Positions 29,755 to 40,800 of a DNA stretch of 64,000 nucleotides are shown one piece after another. Under the pieces are notes generated by a model. That model made no database searches. It worked only from the letters and a program-made list of their open reading frames with translations, and was not told where the DNA came from. The position numbers and the translations under genes were made by a program. Every line of letters begins with the position of its first letter. Within the stretch, counting starts at the first letter, position 1. Origin of the DNA: Candidatus Poseidoniales archaeon. GTDB taxonomy: Archaea > Thermoplasmatota > Poseidoniia > Poseidoniales > Poseidoniaceae. The stretch lies in assembly GCA_009887195.1 (NCBI GenBank), contig QXXX01000073.1, positions 2,000-65,999 on the forward strand. The letters are read 5' to 3'.

Positions 29755-30456
29755 ATGGAATGGCCCAGAGAAGTATTTTCTAAATCCCTGTTCCCTAGCT
29801 TATCTCATTCCTCATCAGCAACCATTCCAGTACTGCCAGAGTCTGGGCCGTCATGGACTATTCTTGACAAAACATCACCTAACTCCTTGCAACAACAAAT
29901 CGACAAATTGGTTAGCAGTCACCCAAATTCACAAGATCATAAGTCATTCTCATCAACAATTACCTTTGATCAAAGTAACGGCCCAGTAATTATCGAACAC
30001 GGTGCGATAATAGAACCCTCAACTCATTTCATAGGCCCATGCTATATTGCTAAAGAGGCCGTAATTAGGCACGGAGCATATGTTAGAGAATATTCTTGGA
30101 TTTGCTCCAAAGCTGTAGTTGGGCATGCTTCAGAAGTGAAACACTCAATTTTACTCCCGGGAGCCAAAGCCCCCCACTTCAATTATGTTGGAGATTCGAT
30201 ACTTGGTACCGCAGTCAATCTTGGGGCAGGTGTAAAACTGAGCAATTTGAGAAATGACGGGGCAGAAGTAATCCTAAGAATAGGCGATGATCGAAGACCA
30301 AGTGGTTTAAGGAAATTCGGGGCGATATTAGGAGAGGGTTGCCAATTAGGTTGTAATGCAGTAACAAATCCTGGCACCATATTAGGCTGTAATAGTACGG
30401 TCTGGCCAAATGTTACGGTCACGGGTGTTTATCCAGAAGATTCCAACCATAGGTGA
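29755..30456 (+). CDS. Stand-alone GlmU-type left-handed beta-helix acetyltransferase
   Basis: Hexapeptide repeats, HGAYVR, APHFNYVGDSILG, VNLGAG, RKFGAILG. No nucleotidyltransferase domain. Confidence 0.85.
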   Translation: MEWPREVFSKSLFPSLSHSSSATIPVLPESGPSWTILDKTSPNSLQQQIDKLVSSHPNSQDHKSFSSTITFDQSNGPVIIEHGAIIEPSTHFIGPCYIAKEAVIRHGAYVREYSWICSKAVVGHASEVKHSILLPGAKAPHFNYVGDSILGTAVNLGAGVKLSNLRNDGAEVILRIGDDRRPSGLRKFGAILGEGCQLGCNAVTNPGTILGCNSTVWPNVTVTGVYPEDSNHR

Positions 30457-30461
30457 TATTG

Positions 30462-32117
30462 ATGGTTGATAACCTATTTGGCACTGATGGAATTCGCGGA
30501 TTAGTTAATTTAGAGCAGGTTGATGATAAAACTGCAATAAGCAGATTAGTTGAGCAACGAGAGGTCCATCCGGCAATAATGAAACTTATCGGGGAGTCAC
30601 TTGGCCGAATAATCAACCAACATCCGCAAGAAAAAATGATTGTAGTAGTAGGATGGGATGATCGCCCTGCTAATATGAAACTTGCAGAGTCGCTAACTAT
30701 TGGACTAAATCTTGCCGAATTTGAAGTGGTGCAAATAGGGCTATGCGCCACCCCGACGCTGCACTTAGCAACCTTGTCCCACAATGCAGAATTCGGTTGT
30801 ATGATAACAGCCAGTCATAATCCAGTCGAGGATTCAGGTCTCAAAATTTTCAATAGGTATGGTTACAAAACAACACCTAAGTTTGAGCAAACGCTGTCGC
30901 ACACACTAATCACTTTAGCCCAAGAAGAGCGAGAATTAGACCAACAGGATATTGAATTTTTACAACAGCCAGCAAAACGATTTGAGTTAAGAGAATGGAC
31001 TATTCCAGAACATAGAAAATGGTTAGAAAATAGAGCTACAACTCTTGCCTCATCGGTGAATTATCAAAAATTGATTAGCTCAACCAAATTAAACACTCCA
31101 CTACTAATCGACTCATCTAAAGGAACCGCAAGTATTTGGTTCGCAGAGTGGTTGTCTGCTTGGGGCATTGAAGCGAGAGAAGTAAGTGCTGAAGCAGTGG
31201 CCATGAATCTTAATTGCGGGGCTGGAGATTTTTCTCCTACGCAAACTTGGACATTTGATGAAGCGCAGAATTCACCCCACCTGTTAATTCAAAAACTACC
31301 TAAATGTGGGCCTGGATTAATTGTAGCTGCTGCATTGGATGGTGATGGCGACCGATGTTTGTTAATTGAAACCACTAAAACAGGATATCAGGTCATTGAT
31401 GGCGATCGTATCGCTGATACCTTGGTTAATAGTGTTACCAAAGCCGGGCAATCATGGACTTTAGCAGCAAGCATTGAATCGGATTTATCGCTTACAACTA
31501 ACTTAGACCGGTTTCAAAGTATAGTACATCCCCTCGAAACAGCAGTTGGCGACCGATGGCTCTCCTTTGCACTATCTGGTCAAGAATCTAACCACGTATA
31601 TTTTGATAGCGTCGATATGCCAACTGTAATTGGTGTAGAGGATTCTGGACATATCGTTCTTGCCGCTCCTCACCCTAATTCGAGTAATCAATGGTCATTG
31701 GTCGGAGATGGAACAATGACATTAGTTGCCTATCTCATCGCAATTCATACCTGTGATGAGACAAATTTGATGAAAAGAGGTTGGAAGAAGCGGCAATCAG
31801 TGAAGAATGTAGACCGTGGTAAATGGGACGGCAAGAATCAATTATCAGACGACATAGAGCACTTGCTGAAACAAACCCTAACCACTCACAATTCTGTTGT
31901 TAATTGGTCCAGAGGAACAATTAGCGGTGAGCCAAACTTGATGGCAATCACGTGTAATTATGGCGGCAACATGCTGTCTATTGGAATAAGAAATAGCGGG
32001 ACTCAGGCAAAAATTTCAGTTTCCGCAAGGCTAGAATATGGCGGTGATTCCAACGGTATCCAAACCGCAATAGATTCGGTATGCCAGCAACTAGCCAAAA
32101 TCATGGTTATCCATTGA
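30462..32117 (+). CDS. glmM: Phosphoglucosamine/phosphohexose mutase
   Basis: FGTDGIRG, TASHNP, DGDGDR, VGDR, GVEDSGH. Coupled to the GlmU-like gene. SD AGGTGA before ATG 30462. Confidence 0.8.
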   Translation: MVDNLFGTDGIRGLVNLEQVDDKTAISRLVEQREVHPAIMKLIGESLGRIINQHPQEKMIVVVGWDDRPANMKLAESLTIGLNLAEFEVVQIGLCATPTLHLATLSHNAEFGCMITASHNPVEDSGLKIFNRYGYKTTPKFEQTLSHTLITLAQEERELDQQDIEFLQQPAKRFELREWTIPEHRKWLENRATTLASSVNYQKLISSTKLNTPLLIDSSKGTASIWFAEWLSAWGIEAREVSAEAVAMNLNCGAGDFSPTQTWTFDEAQNSPHLLIQKLPKCGPGLIVAAALDGDGDRCLLIETTKTGYQVIDGDRIADTLVNSVTKAGQSWTLAASIESDLSLTTNLDRFQSIVHPLETAVGDRWLSFALSGQESNHVYFDSVDMPTVIGVEDSGHIVLAAPHPNSSNQWSLVGDGTMTLVAYLIAIHTCDETNLMKRGWKKRQSVKNVDRGKWDGKNQLSDDIEHLLKQTLTTHNSVVNWSRGTISGEPNLMAITCNYGGNMLSIGIRNSGTQAKISVSARLEYGGDSNGIQTAIDSVCQQLAKIMVIH

Positions 32118-35100
32118 TGATAGTTTTCTCATATGTCTGGTTCAAGTAAGTCACAATACCAAGCAACACAGATGAAGCGATTAACACTGCTAACATTGTT
32201 TCTATTCCAGCACCAGTGCTGAATAATACCATTGCAACAATCCAAGATAGTATCATATCTATTGCACCAAATACCCTCCATGCCTTCCTCATAGTGAGGA
32301 TACCGCTTACCCATGAGGTAGTTGAACAGATAATCAACAATACCGAAACGATTAGCAAACTGCCCCAGCCAAAGCCGGCTGGGATTAGCATCAAATGCAT
32401 CGACCATAAGCCACCAGCAAGCCAAATTCCGGAATCAGATATGATGGTCCAAACAACAAATAATATGCTTATCAAACCAGTTATTGTTGCGATTAGGTGA
32501 ATTCCAGGCACTGCTAATCCAGCGAGTTCAAAAGTCCAAAATGCAAGTCCTGTGAAGCTAAATGGAATCATTAACCACGATACCATAACTGCAGCCGGTT
32601 GCGTCCAATTCCATCCTCGGCGAAGCACCATGACAATAGCTAAGATTCCTGCAAAACCCACGGAAATCAATCCAGCAAAGATTACCCAAGCAGCTCTGCC
32701 TGCTGCCCCTCGGTGGTCTTCTAGTCCCCGCCTAATCCGTTGACCTTCAACCCAGTCGTAGGCTATGACACAAATGACCAGTACAATCTCAACAAACAAT
32801 AATGGCAAAGTCCAATCAATAATTCCCCCATCTAATGGATTTACCTGATACATAACAGGTACTTCTCCGCCAATAATCAAGGCCATGATGCGATCCATAA
32901 CCAGCAGGTAAACCACACCTTCAACGGCATTAGGGATTCTTAATCCTAGGTCATTCCTGCCAACTAGGCCAATACTTGCTAATGTGCAAAGCCCCGCAGT
33001 AATTACCGCCAAGTGTTTGGCGTCATCAAGACCGACAACTGAATCCGAGATTCTTCCGGCTAAATGGACTAATACCAGTCCAACCATCGAGATTGCAATT
33101 GGCAGTTCAATTCCAGCGATATCCGGTAAACGTAAACCGATTTCGTTGGCTCGCAGCCTTGCCAGAGCAATAAACAGAATTGAAACTACTACACAAAATG
33201 CCAAGACCAAGTAAGACATTGATGTAGTGAAAGCGATGAAAGTTGAAGCAAGAATCGTGGTAATTAGGAACGCAATTACAATAACAGGTCGATGATGAAT
33301 ATCGCCAATTTCTAAATCATACTGGGCAGAAGTTCCGGCCCTCTTCGCTCGTTTTCGTTGTTTTTCAGCCAAATCAAGCATTTCGACGTCAATCATTTTC
33401 AGTTTAGCCTTGTTATCTTGTAACTCATCAACAGATTTTGCAACGTCCTCAATAGATGCTTGAACATCGATAAATTTTTCTAACCGCTCACGCTTTTCTT
33501 GAATTTTCTTCAACCGCTCTTCACGCTTTGCGATAGAACGCAACTCAGTTCTAAATTCACCCTGTAGGGCCAAGTAAGCACCGGAGCCGAGGAATGCTAA
33601 GACTGTAGCAAGCGTTACAATAGAGGATTCTTTCACTTGGGCAGCATACCCCATTATGACCAATAATCCAACAGCAGCCATCGCTGGGGGCAACAATTTC
33701 TCAAGGGTTGCAGCCCTCTTCAGGTATAGCGCTAAAGCCACCAAAGTGATGGCGGTGATAGTGTATAAATTCAATTCCTCGCTCAATAAAAATCCATCAC
33801 CGTCTAGCGTCATTAAATTAAGCGGTTCTAGGGCAATTACGATGAAGAAACCAGATAGTAAGCCCATCATTAAGGTTAATAATTGCCCTGGTAAAGCCTC
33901 GGCCTTCTTCAACAATTCGTCACTAAGTCCAGCTTTCTTCATCTTGTCAGATGCCAATAATAGGATGCCGCAAGAAATAACTAATGTTCCAGCCCATATT
34001 GCTTCTTGACCATAACTCCATGACAATGCGATGGTTGATGCGCCCCAAATGGTCATCAATGTTCTTGGGCGACCTTTGTGCTTGTCTAGGTAGACCATGA
34101 TAGAATGACTGATCATCAATAACGTTAGCATGGAAAATAGCCCAATGGCTGGTAATGCACTTGGCCTGGTAATTGACCAAGTAACAAATAGTGCCAATAA
34201 GAAACTCAAGTTCCATAATTGCAATACCTCAGAATCACGAATCCGCGCACCTAATTCTGACATTCCGCTTAACCTAGAGGCCAAGTTGAATCCGGTTTCA
34301 CCATGCTTCACATTCACCCAAATTTGTTGGGAAAGCAAGACTAGCATCCAAACTGCCAAATCATATTGGTCAATAGAAATTGGAATGTAGTCAGCCGAAA
34401 CCAACCGGCTTTCAACATCAGTAGCAAAAAACAGTAGCCAAACCCATGGCCCTACCACGGCAGTACCGGCAATTGAAGGGGAGTCTCGACGCATCGATAA
34501 CTGTGCTAATCCCACCCACACAATTCCTTGGCTGACAAGAAGAGTTCTAGACCCGCTTGCCGCATCATCGGCCGGAATTAGTAATGTTAGTAGAAATACA
34601 ATCAACAGGCCACCAGCCCATAAGACGTGGTCAGACACTGCTGTTTGATTTTTCAACAACGCACTCGCTGTTAATGCTGCAGTTAATCCCGCATAAATGC
34701 TGTATGGGCCGAGTCCAAATGGAATCGATAAGTCCAGTGCACCACTTTCAAGAATTGACAACATAAACAGCAGAATTGGCGCCGGCATCACAATTAACGG
34801 CAATAATTTAGTCCACTCAACGCCTCTCACAACAAGATATGATGCGCTAAAAGCGGTGAGCAGCAATACTAGTTGGGCCAAAGCGTAACCAGTTTCTAGG
34901 CGGTTTGCTGCAACCGCTAATAGTGCCCCAATCATGCCAAGTCCAACAGATACTGACCATAGGCCAGGTTTGCCTAACCCTAAGGATTTGAAGGCATCTG
35001 AAAACCAATTGTCCTTATCGACAAATTTGGCCGCAATAGTTGAATTAGTTGCAGTAACGCAAACCATCAGTAAAAAGAGTAGTAATTCATCCTCAAACGG

Positions 35101-36000
35101 TAATATTTCTAATCCAAAGATCACCCAATTATCTGATATTGCATGCATGCCAACCCATAGGTATGATACGGCAACACCCATACTAGCAAGATTGCCAGAG
35201 TTTCTTACGATCGCTAACCCATGTAGCATTATAGTGCCTAAACCAATCATTATGGCGACACCAAACTCTCCGTACAAAGCACCAGCAGCACTACCAACAA
35301 TTAGCAGAATCAACGTAGCCTGCGCCGCAATCGCATCCTCATCATGACGCTGAGCAATACCGATGTTGAGAACTACTCCCAGTAGTAATAATGCGCCAAG
35401 AATATTATCTTCTGATGCAAAACCAAGTTCATCTAACCAACCCCAATGCCACATATCTAGGATTAACCCATAAATGAGTTTCATTGAGATAATAACCCAT
35501 GTCACGCCAAGAATCCTCATATTAGGGTTAGGGATCCATTTTTCACCCAGATATAATCCCATTATGGCCATTGTAGTTAGTCCAATAGCGCCAAGTACCG
35601 GGTTTAGTATTGTGCCAACAATAGTCCCGATTAAGGACCATGAAAAGACCATAGCAATCAACAGGCCAAAACCAAGCCGCTTTTCGCCATGAACTGCTAA
35701 ATCTGTGACGCTATCTATTTCTGGAGCACTATTTACCGTGCCGTCCTTTTGAATGGCCCCAGGGCGCTCAAAGTCTTCTGCACCCTTCGAAAAAATCTCT
35801 GCCACTTCCCCTATGGCGATGTCAGTTTCTTTTTCTTCAACGCCAGTTTCCCAAACCGATGTCTTTTCATCTTCTTGTTCAATCATGAAAGAGGAGATGT
35901 CTAGGCCCCTGGCTCGAGAAAAGGATTGCTTTCTGATGACTTCATCCCGCTTGTTAACGGGCTTATCTGCGATGTCTTCAGCATCAGAATCATCAGACAT
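32107..36000 (-). CDS. Very large polytopic membrane protein (DUF2339-like)
   Basis: About 1300 aa with roughly 30 hydrophobic segments, an acidic N-terminus and an internal charged coiled coil. Start placed at ATG 36000. Confidence 0.8.
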   Translation of the reverse strand: MSDDSDAEDIADKPVNKRDEVIRKQSFSRARGLDISSFMIEQEDEKTSVWETGVEEKETDIAIGEVAEIFSKGAEDFERPGAIQKDGTVNSAPEIDSVTDLAVHGEKRLGFGLLIAMVFSWSLIGTIVGTILNPVLGAIGLTTMAIMGLYLGEKWIPNPNMRILGVTWVIISMKLIYGLILDMWHWGWLDELGFASEDNILGALLLLGVVLNIGIAQRHDEDAIAAQATLILLIVGSAAGALYGEFGVAIMIGLGTIMLHGLAIVRNSGNLASMGVAVSYLWVGMHAISDNWVIFGLEILPFEDELLLFLLMVCVTATNSTIAAKFVDKDNWFSDAFKSLGLGKPGLWSVSVGLGMIGALLAVAANRLETGYALAQLVLLLTAFSASYLVVRGVEWTKLLPLIVMPAPILLFMLSILESGALDLSIPFGLGPYSIYAGLTAALTASALLKNQTAVSDHVLWAGGLLIVFLLTLLIPADDAASGSRTLLVSQGIVWVGLAQLSMRRDSPSIAGTAVVGPWVWLLFFATDVESRLVSADYIPISIDQYDLAVWMLVLLSQQIWVNVKHGETGFNLASRLSGMSELGARIRDSEVLQLWNLSFLLALFVTWSITRPSALPAIGLFSMLTLLMISHSIMVYLDKHKGRPRTLMTIWGASTIALSWSYGQEAIWAGTLVISCGILLLASDKMKKAGLSDELLKKAEALPGQLLTLMMGLLSGFFIVIALEPLNLMTLDGDGFLLSEELNLYTITAITLVALALYLKRAATLEKLLPPAMAAVGLLVIMGYAAQVKESSIVTLATVLAFLGSGAYLALQGEFRTELRSIAKREERLKKIQEKRERLEKFIDVQASIEDVAKSVDELQDNKAKLKMIDVEMLDLAEKQRKRAKRAGTSAQYDLEIGDIHHRPVIVIAFLITTILASTFIAFTTSMSYLVLAFCVVVSILFIALARLRANEIGLRLPDIAGIELPIAISMVGLVLVHLAGRISDSVVGLDDAKHLAVITAGLCTLASIGLVGRNDLGLRIPNAVEGVVYLLVMDRIMALIIGGEVPVMYQVNPLDGGIIDWTLPLLFVEIVLVICVIAYDWVEGQRIRRGLEDHRGAAGRAAWVIFAGLISVGFAGILAIVMVLRRGWNWTQPAAVMVSWLMIPFSFTGLAFWTFELAGLAVPGIHLIATITGLISILFVVWTIISDSGIWLAGGLWSMHLMLIPAGFGWGSLLIVSVLLIICSTTSWVSGILTMRKAWRVFGAIDMILSWIVAMVLFSTGAGIETMLAVLIASSVLLGIVTYLNQTYEKTIING

Positions 36001-36152
36001 GTAACTAAGGCTTTGACTACTGCTATTCAATACTCGCCCCTATTTGGGATAATTTTTTACTAATTTGGCGGCAGTTGTATAAGGCCCAAATCACAATTTT
36101 TTGGGGTACTTGCATGCGAAAAGGACAAAGACAACCTTTGACACGATTTGGT

Positions 36153-37760
36153 ATGGCCGACACATTAGGTGAGCCGAAAGGCGACCTTTCCGAGCACGGA
36201 TTAGATTGTGCGGGGAGCATCCACTGGAATTTACCTGTGGAGACACTAGTTGAATTGGCAGTCTCTCGAGGCGAAGGAGTATACAGTGCTCACAAAGCTT
36301 TGGTTACTGAAACCGGTGAAAGAACCGGGAGGTCGCCCAACGACAAATACATCGTCGATGAGGCGAGCACGAATGGCGACATTAATTGGGGAGACGTCAA
36401 CGTTTCAACTGATTTGGAGACCTTCAACAGGATGAGAGCGAAAGTAGTTGACTACTTATCCAAGCAGCAAAATCTATTTGTTCAAGATTTATATTGTGGT
36501 GCCGACTTTAGCGAAGCACTACCAATACGCGTCATCAATCAAAATGCTTGGCATAATGCATTTGCTAGAAATATGTTCATCAGGCCAAGTGCAGACCAAA
36601 TGGATCAGCATTCACCTGAGTTTACGGTATTCCACGCACCACATTACGAAGCAAATGCTGAACATGATGGGCTAAACTCTCAGTGCTTTGTGATGGTTAA
36701 CTATGAAGCCAAAGAAGTCATTATTGGTGGAACAAGATATGCTGGAGAGATTAAAAAATCAATCTTTTCTGTGATGAATTTAATTTTACCAAAAAAAGGC
36801 ATCCTTCCAATGCACTGTTCAGCTAATACCACTGGTGAAAACACGGCAATTTTCTTTGGCTTGTCCGGAACAGGGAAAACCACCTTGTCTGCCGATCCTA
36901 AGCGCGCTTTAATCGGCGATGATGAACATGGCTGGGGGGCTAATGGAGTGTTTAATTTCGAAGGTGGTTGTTATGCCAAATTAATTGATTTATCCGAAGA
37001 AGATGAACCAGCAATTTTTGGCACAACTAGAAAATTTGGCTCAATTCTAGAAAACATCGTAATGGATGATAACGGCGTACCAGATTTCCATGACACCTCT
37101 AAAACTCAGAACACTAGGGGTTCATATCCGATAGAATTCATTGATAACCGAACCTCGGATTCCAAAGGAGGACACCCACAAAACGTAATTTTCCTTACTT
37201 GTGACGCATTTGGCGTTCTACCCCCGATTTCTAAGTTAAGCCCAGATCAAGCAGCATACCACTTTATCTCAGGCTATACCGCCAAAGTTGCAGGAACTGA
37301 AATTGGCGTAAAAGAGCCACAAGCGACGTTTTCGGCATGTTTTGGCGAGCCATTTATGCCCATGCACCCAGGCGTTTATGCCGACTTACTCTCACAAAAA
37401 ATGGAACAACATAACGCCACAGCTTGGCTAATCAACACCGGTTGGTCTGGAGGCCCTTATGGCGTTGGTAACCGAATGAAGATTAAGTACACAAGAGCAA
37501 TGTTGAATGCTGCACTAGATGGAGATTTAGAAGACGTGGAATATGTCAAGGATAATAGATTTGGTTTTGAAGTTCCCACCTCATGTCCAGGGGTGCCAAG
37601 CGACGTATTGCAGCCCATTAAAACGTGGAGTAATTCATCTGATTACAATGCCACAGCAGATAATCTAGCAAGTATGTTTATCGAGAACTTCAAACGCTAT
37701 CAGCAAGGAGTCTCAGAAGCAGTAAATGCCTCTTCCCCTAAACCACTGCCTGTTAACTGA
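36153..37760 (+). CDS. pckA: Phosphoenolpyruvate carboxykinase (ATP)
   Basis: TGRSP, YAGEIKK, MHCSAN, GLSGTGKTT, LIGDDEHGW, NFEGGCYAK. Start placed at ATG 36153. Confidence 0.95.
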   Translation: MADTLGEPKGDLSEHGLDCAGSIHWNLPVETLVELAVSRGEGVYSAHKALVTETGERTGRSPNDKYIVDEASTNGDINWGDVNVSTDLETFNRMRAKVVDYLSKQQNLFVQDLYCGADFSEALPIRVINQNAWHNAFARNMFIRPSADQMDQHSPEFTVFHAPHYEANAEHDGLNSQCFVMVNYEAKEVIIGGTRYAGEIKKSIFSVMNLILPKKGILPMHCSANTTGENTAIFFGLSGTGKTTLSADPKRALIGDDEHGWGANGVFNFEGGCYAKLIDLSEEDEPAIFGTTRKFGSILENIVMDDNGVPDFHDTSKTQNTRGSYPIEFIDNRTSDSKGGHPQNVIFLTCDAFGVLPPISKLSPDQAAYHFISGYTAKVAGTEIGVKEPQATFSACFGEPFMPMHPGVYADLLSQKMEQHNATAWLINTGWSGGPYGVGNRMKIKYTRAMLNAALDGDLEDVEYVKDNRFGFEVPTSCPGVPSDVLQPIKTWSNSSDYNATADNLASMFIENFKRYQQGVSEAVNASSPKPLPVN

Positions 37761-37801
37761 ATAACCGTACTTTGATAACTTAGCGGCGCGCACAAGAACT
37801 T

Positions 37802-40800
37802 GTGAGAGCCATGCGTAATCTACGATTTTTAGTTGGAATTATGTTCATTATTACTGCATTATCGCCGATAATGAGTACCTACAATCCGCTAAGTTTGGAA
37901 ACCTTTGAGCAAGAAGAAAGCCAGAACCCATTTGGTGAACCAGTATTGTTAGATGAGTTAAGAAAAGACCTCAAAAATGCAGTAGGAGCGCCATGTCCAG
38001 CCATACAGAACGATGGCGGGTCTCCAGGTGACGCAGGAAATGCGACAACCAACACTGCCAAGGACCTAGGCTCGAACCCAACCGATTCGTTTACTAGTTG
38101 TGCAGATACGACCGACATTGAGGATTGGTATGAATTTACCATGGATCAAGATTACAATATCGAAGTAACCATGTCTAATTATGCAAATGATTATGATTTA
38201 TACCTTGCATATGAAGACAATGGATCTTACGTTGCTATCGATGCATCAGAGTACGGGGATCCAGAAGAATCGGTTTCCACCACAGGAAGCGCCAACGAAT
38301 CTACTCCTGGAACATATTGGGTCGTTGTGTTCCCATACAACGCAGGTGGCGGCTCATCAATTGGCGACTATGATTTGGACATTTGGACAAACTACACTGA
38401 ATCATGTGTCGATTGGTACTCGCCACAGAATGATGGAAATACTGGACAAGATGCGCCGCAGAATTGGTCAGAATCCCCAACCAATATGGGCAATAACGTG
38501 ACTGCTAGTTATACAGGCTGCCTTGATGGCGCAGATGGAGGCGACGTTTTCGCTTTTGACGTGCCGGTAAATCACACTATTACCGCAACTTTAACCATGG
38601 ATTCAGGAGTTGACTTTGAATTAATCATGCATCAACCCAATGGCTCAATTATCGACGTATCAGCGAATTCCGCAGGAGTTGATGAATTCGTCACATCAGT
38701 AGATACAACATTCGAAAATCAACCAGGAACATATTTTGTAAATATTTCACACTTTTCTGGAAGTGGCAACTACACACTTGATATCTGGACAAATTATAGC
38801 GTACCAACTCCAAACCTAGCTATCGATAATGTTAGTTTTGGGCTAGCAGCAAACCCAGGCGATGTAGTACCTTTCGACATAACAGTAATCAATGACGGTA
38901 CTTTAGAGTTAACAGATTCTTTCATGGCAGAAGTTATCCTAAGCGTTGACTCGGGACAAACTTGGGTAGACCATAATCTCGGTAATGCAACTTGGACTTC
39001 TGGACTGGCAATTAATGCCACCCAAGTTATTACGATTAACGGAGCAATACCAACAAATATTGTTGAGGGGGAATACAATGTATTTATTGTCCTTGACTCA
39101 GAAGAAATGGTGACTGAAAAGAATGAAGCAGATAATGTCGAGTTAGCCGATGACACACTTGAAATCGGTAATTCTGTTAACGCTTGTGCAACTCCGCAAG
39201 ATGATGCAGCATCAGGCTCTGATATTGGTGAAACCGTTGCAACATCTTTTGATTTAGGGACAGACCCGGAATTAGAGGTAAGAGGTTGTATTGACTCTAC
39301 TGATGAAGCCGACCTTTACAAGGTGACAATTACTCCAAACCAACCGCTTGAAGTAACCTTGGTAACTGCGCCAATTGATGGTGCAGACTTCGATTTGAGA
39401 CTTCTTTTACCAAACGGAACTGCAATTGACACAAGCTTGTCTCTTGGTGACGATTTCGTCACCTTAGAAGGCTCTGATTACGAAAATACCGCAGGTGACT
39501 ATTACATCAATGTCACTTATTGGGGCGGCTTTGGTACAAGTAATCCTGGTGGGACCTACCGATTACTAGTTGGCGAACCAGACCAATCAACATATGTTCC
39601 ACCGTTTACCTGTGGCAATCAAAACGACCTTGGCTTAGGCCAAGATGCTAGTTCATCCGGAATCCCGCTTGGGACAAATAATCCAATCAGTGGTACAGGT
39701 TGTTTGAGCAATTCAGATACTGAAGATGTATACAGTTTCACCATTGACGATTACTACAACACAGAAGTTAGATTCAATGCTTCTATGTCTACACCTTTCA
39801 CCGCTACACTAACCAACAGTGCTGGCAACTTAGTGGCATCAGTGGACAACATGAGCTACGGATTAGTCTTTGAGTCGATGGATAATGAGACCTATGAAGG
39901 GCAAACAACAACATACACGCTAACGGTTGACTCTAACGGTGGCCAAGGCGATTATGATGTTGAACTCGTAGTTGTTAACCCTGCACTACCAGACCTGATT
40001 CCAGAATCACTATCGTGCCCAACTTCTGAAGTATATACCGATGAAGAGGTAACTACCCAATGGATAATCCACAATGCACGAGGTCCAGCATTTGGGCAAA
40101 GCATGGTTGTTCTAATTGAGCTGGTTGACTCAGATAACGTAACACTTACTACAATGTATTCTTCTGAAGTAGAATCTGAAAACCCAAGTACAACCAACGC
40201 AATGTCATATGAGCAATCTAGTGTACAAGATAGTTATGCATTCTTTACCATTCCAACAGATACCCCATCAGGGGATTACCGCTGTAAGCTAATTATTGAC
40301 AGTAATAATGATGTCACTGAAGCCAATGAATCTAACAACGTTCACTTTTCTGAACCATTCTATGTTCAAAATGAAGATGAATTATGGGCCAATGATGTAG
40401 ACAAAGACGGTTTCAATTCAACCGATGCTGGAGACGGAATTATCGACGACTGTCCTAATAATCCAGGCACCTCAACTGTCGACAGATATGGCTGCCCAGA
40501 TCTTGATAGTGATGGAGTTTCCAATGATAATGATATCCTGCCAAATGATATGTCCCAGTGGTATGACACCGATGGCGACGGATTTGGTGATAACCCAGAT
40601 GGTACTAACGGTGACCAATGTCCAGCCGTTGCTGGAGTCTTTTCGGGAGATGATGGCGTTGGTTGTCCAATTCTAGATTTGGATTTGGACGGGGTTCTCA
40701 ATGAAAACGACTTGTGCCCAGAGACGCCAATAGGAGTGATAGTTGGTTCCGATGGTTGTGAGTTGCCAGATGAACCGGGCGACAACACAACAGGTCCAAC

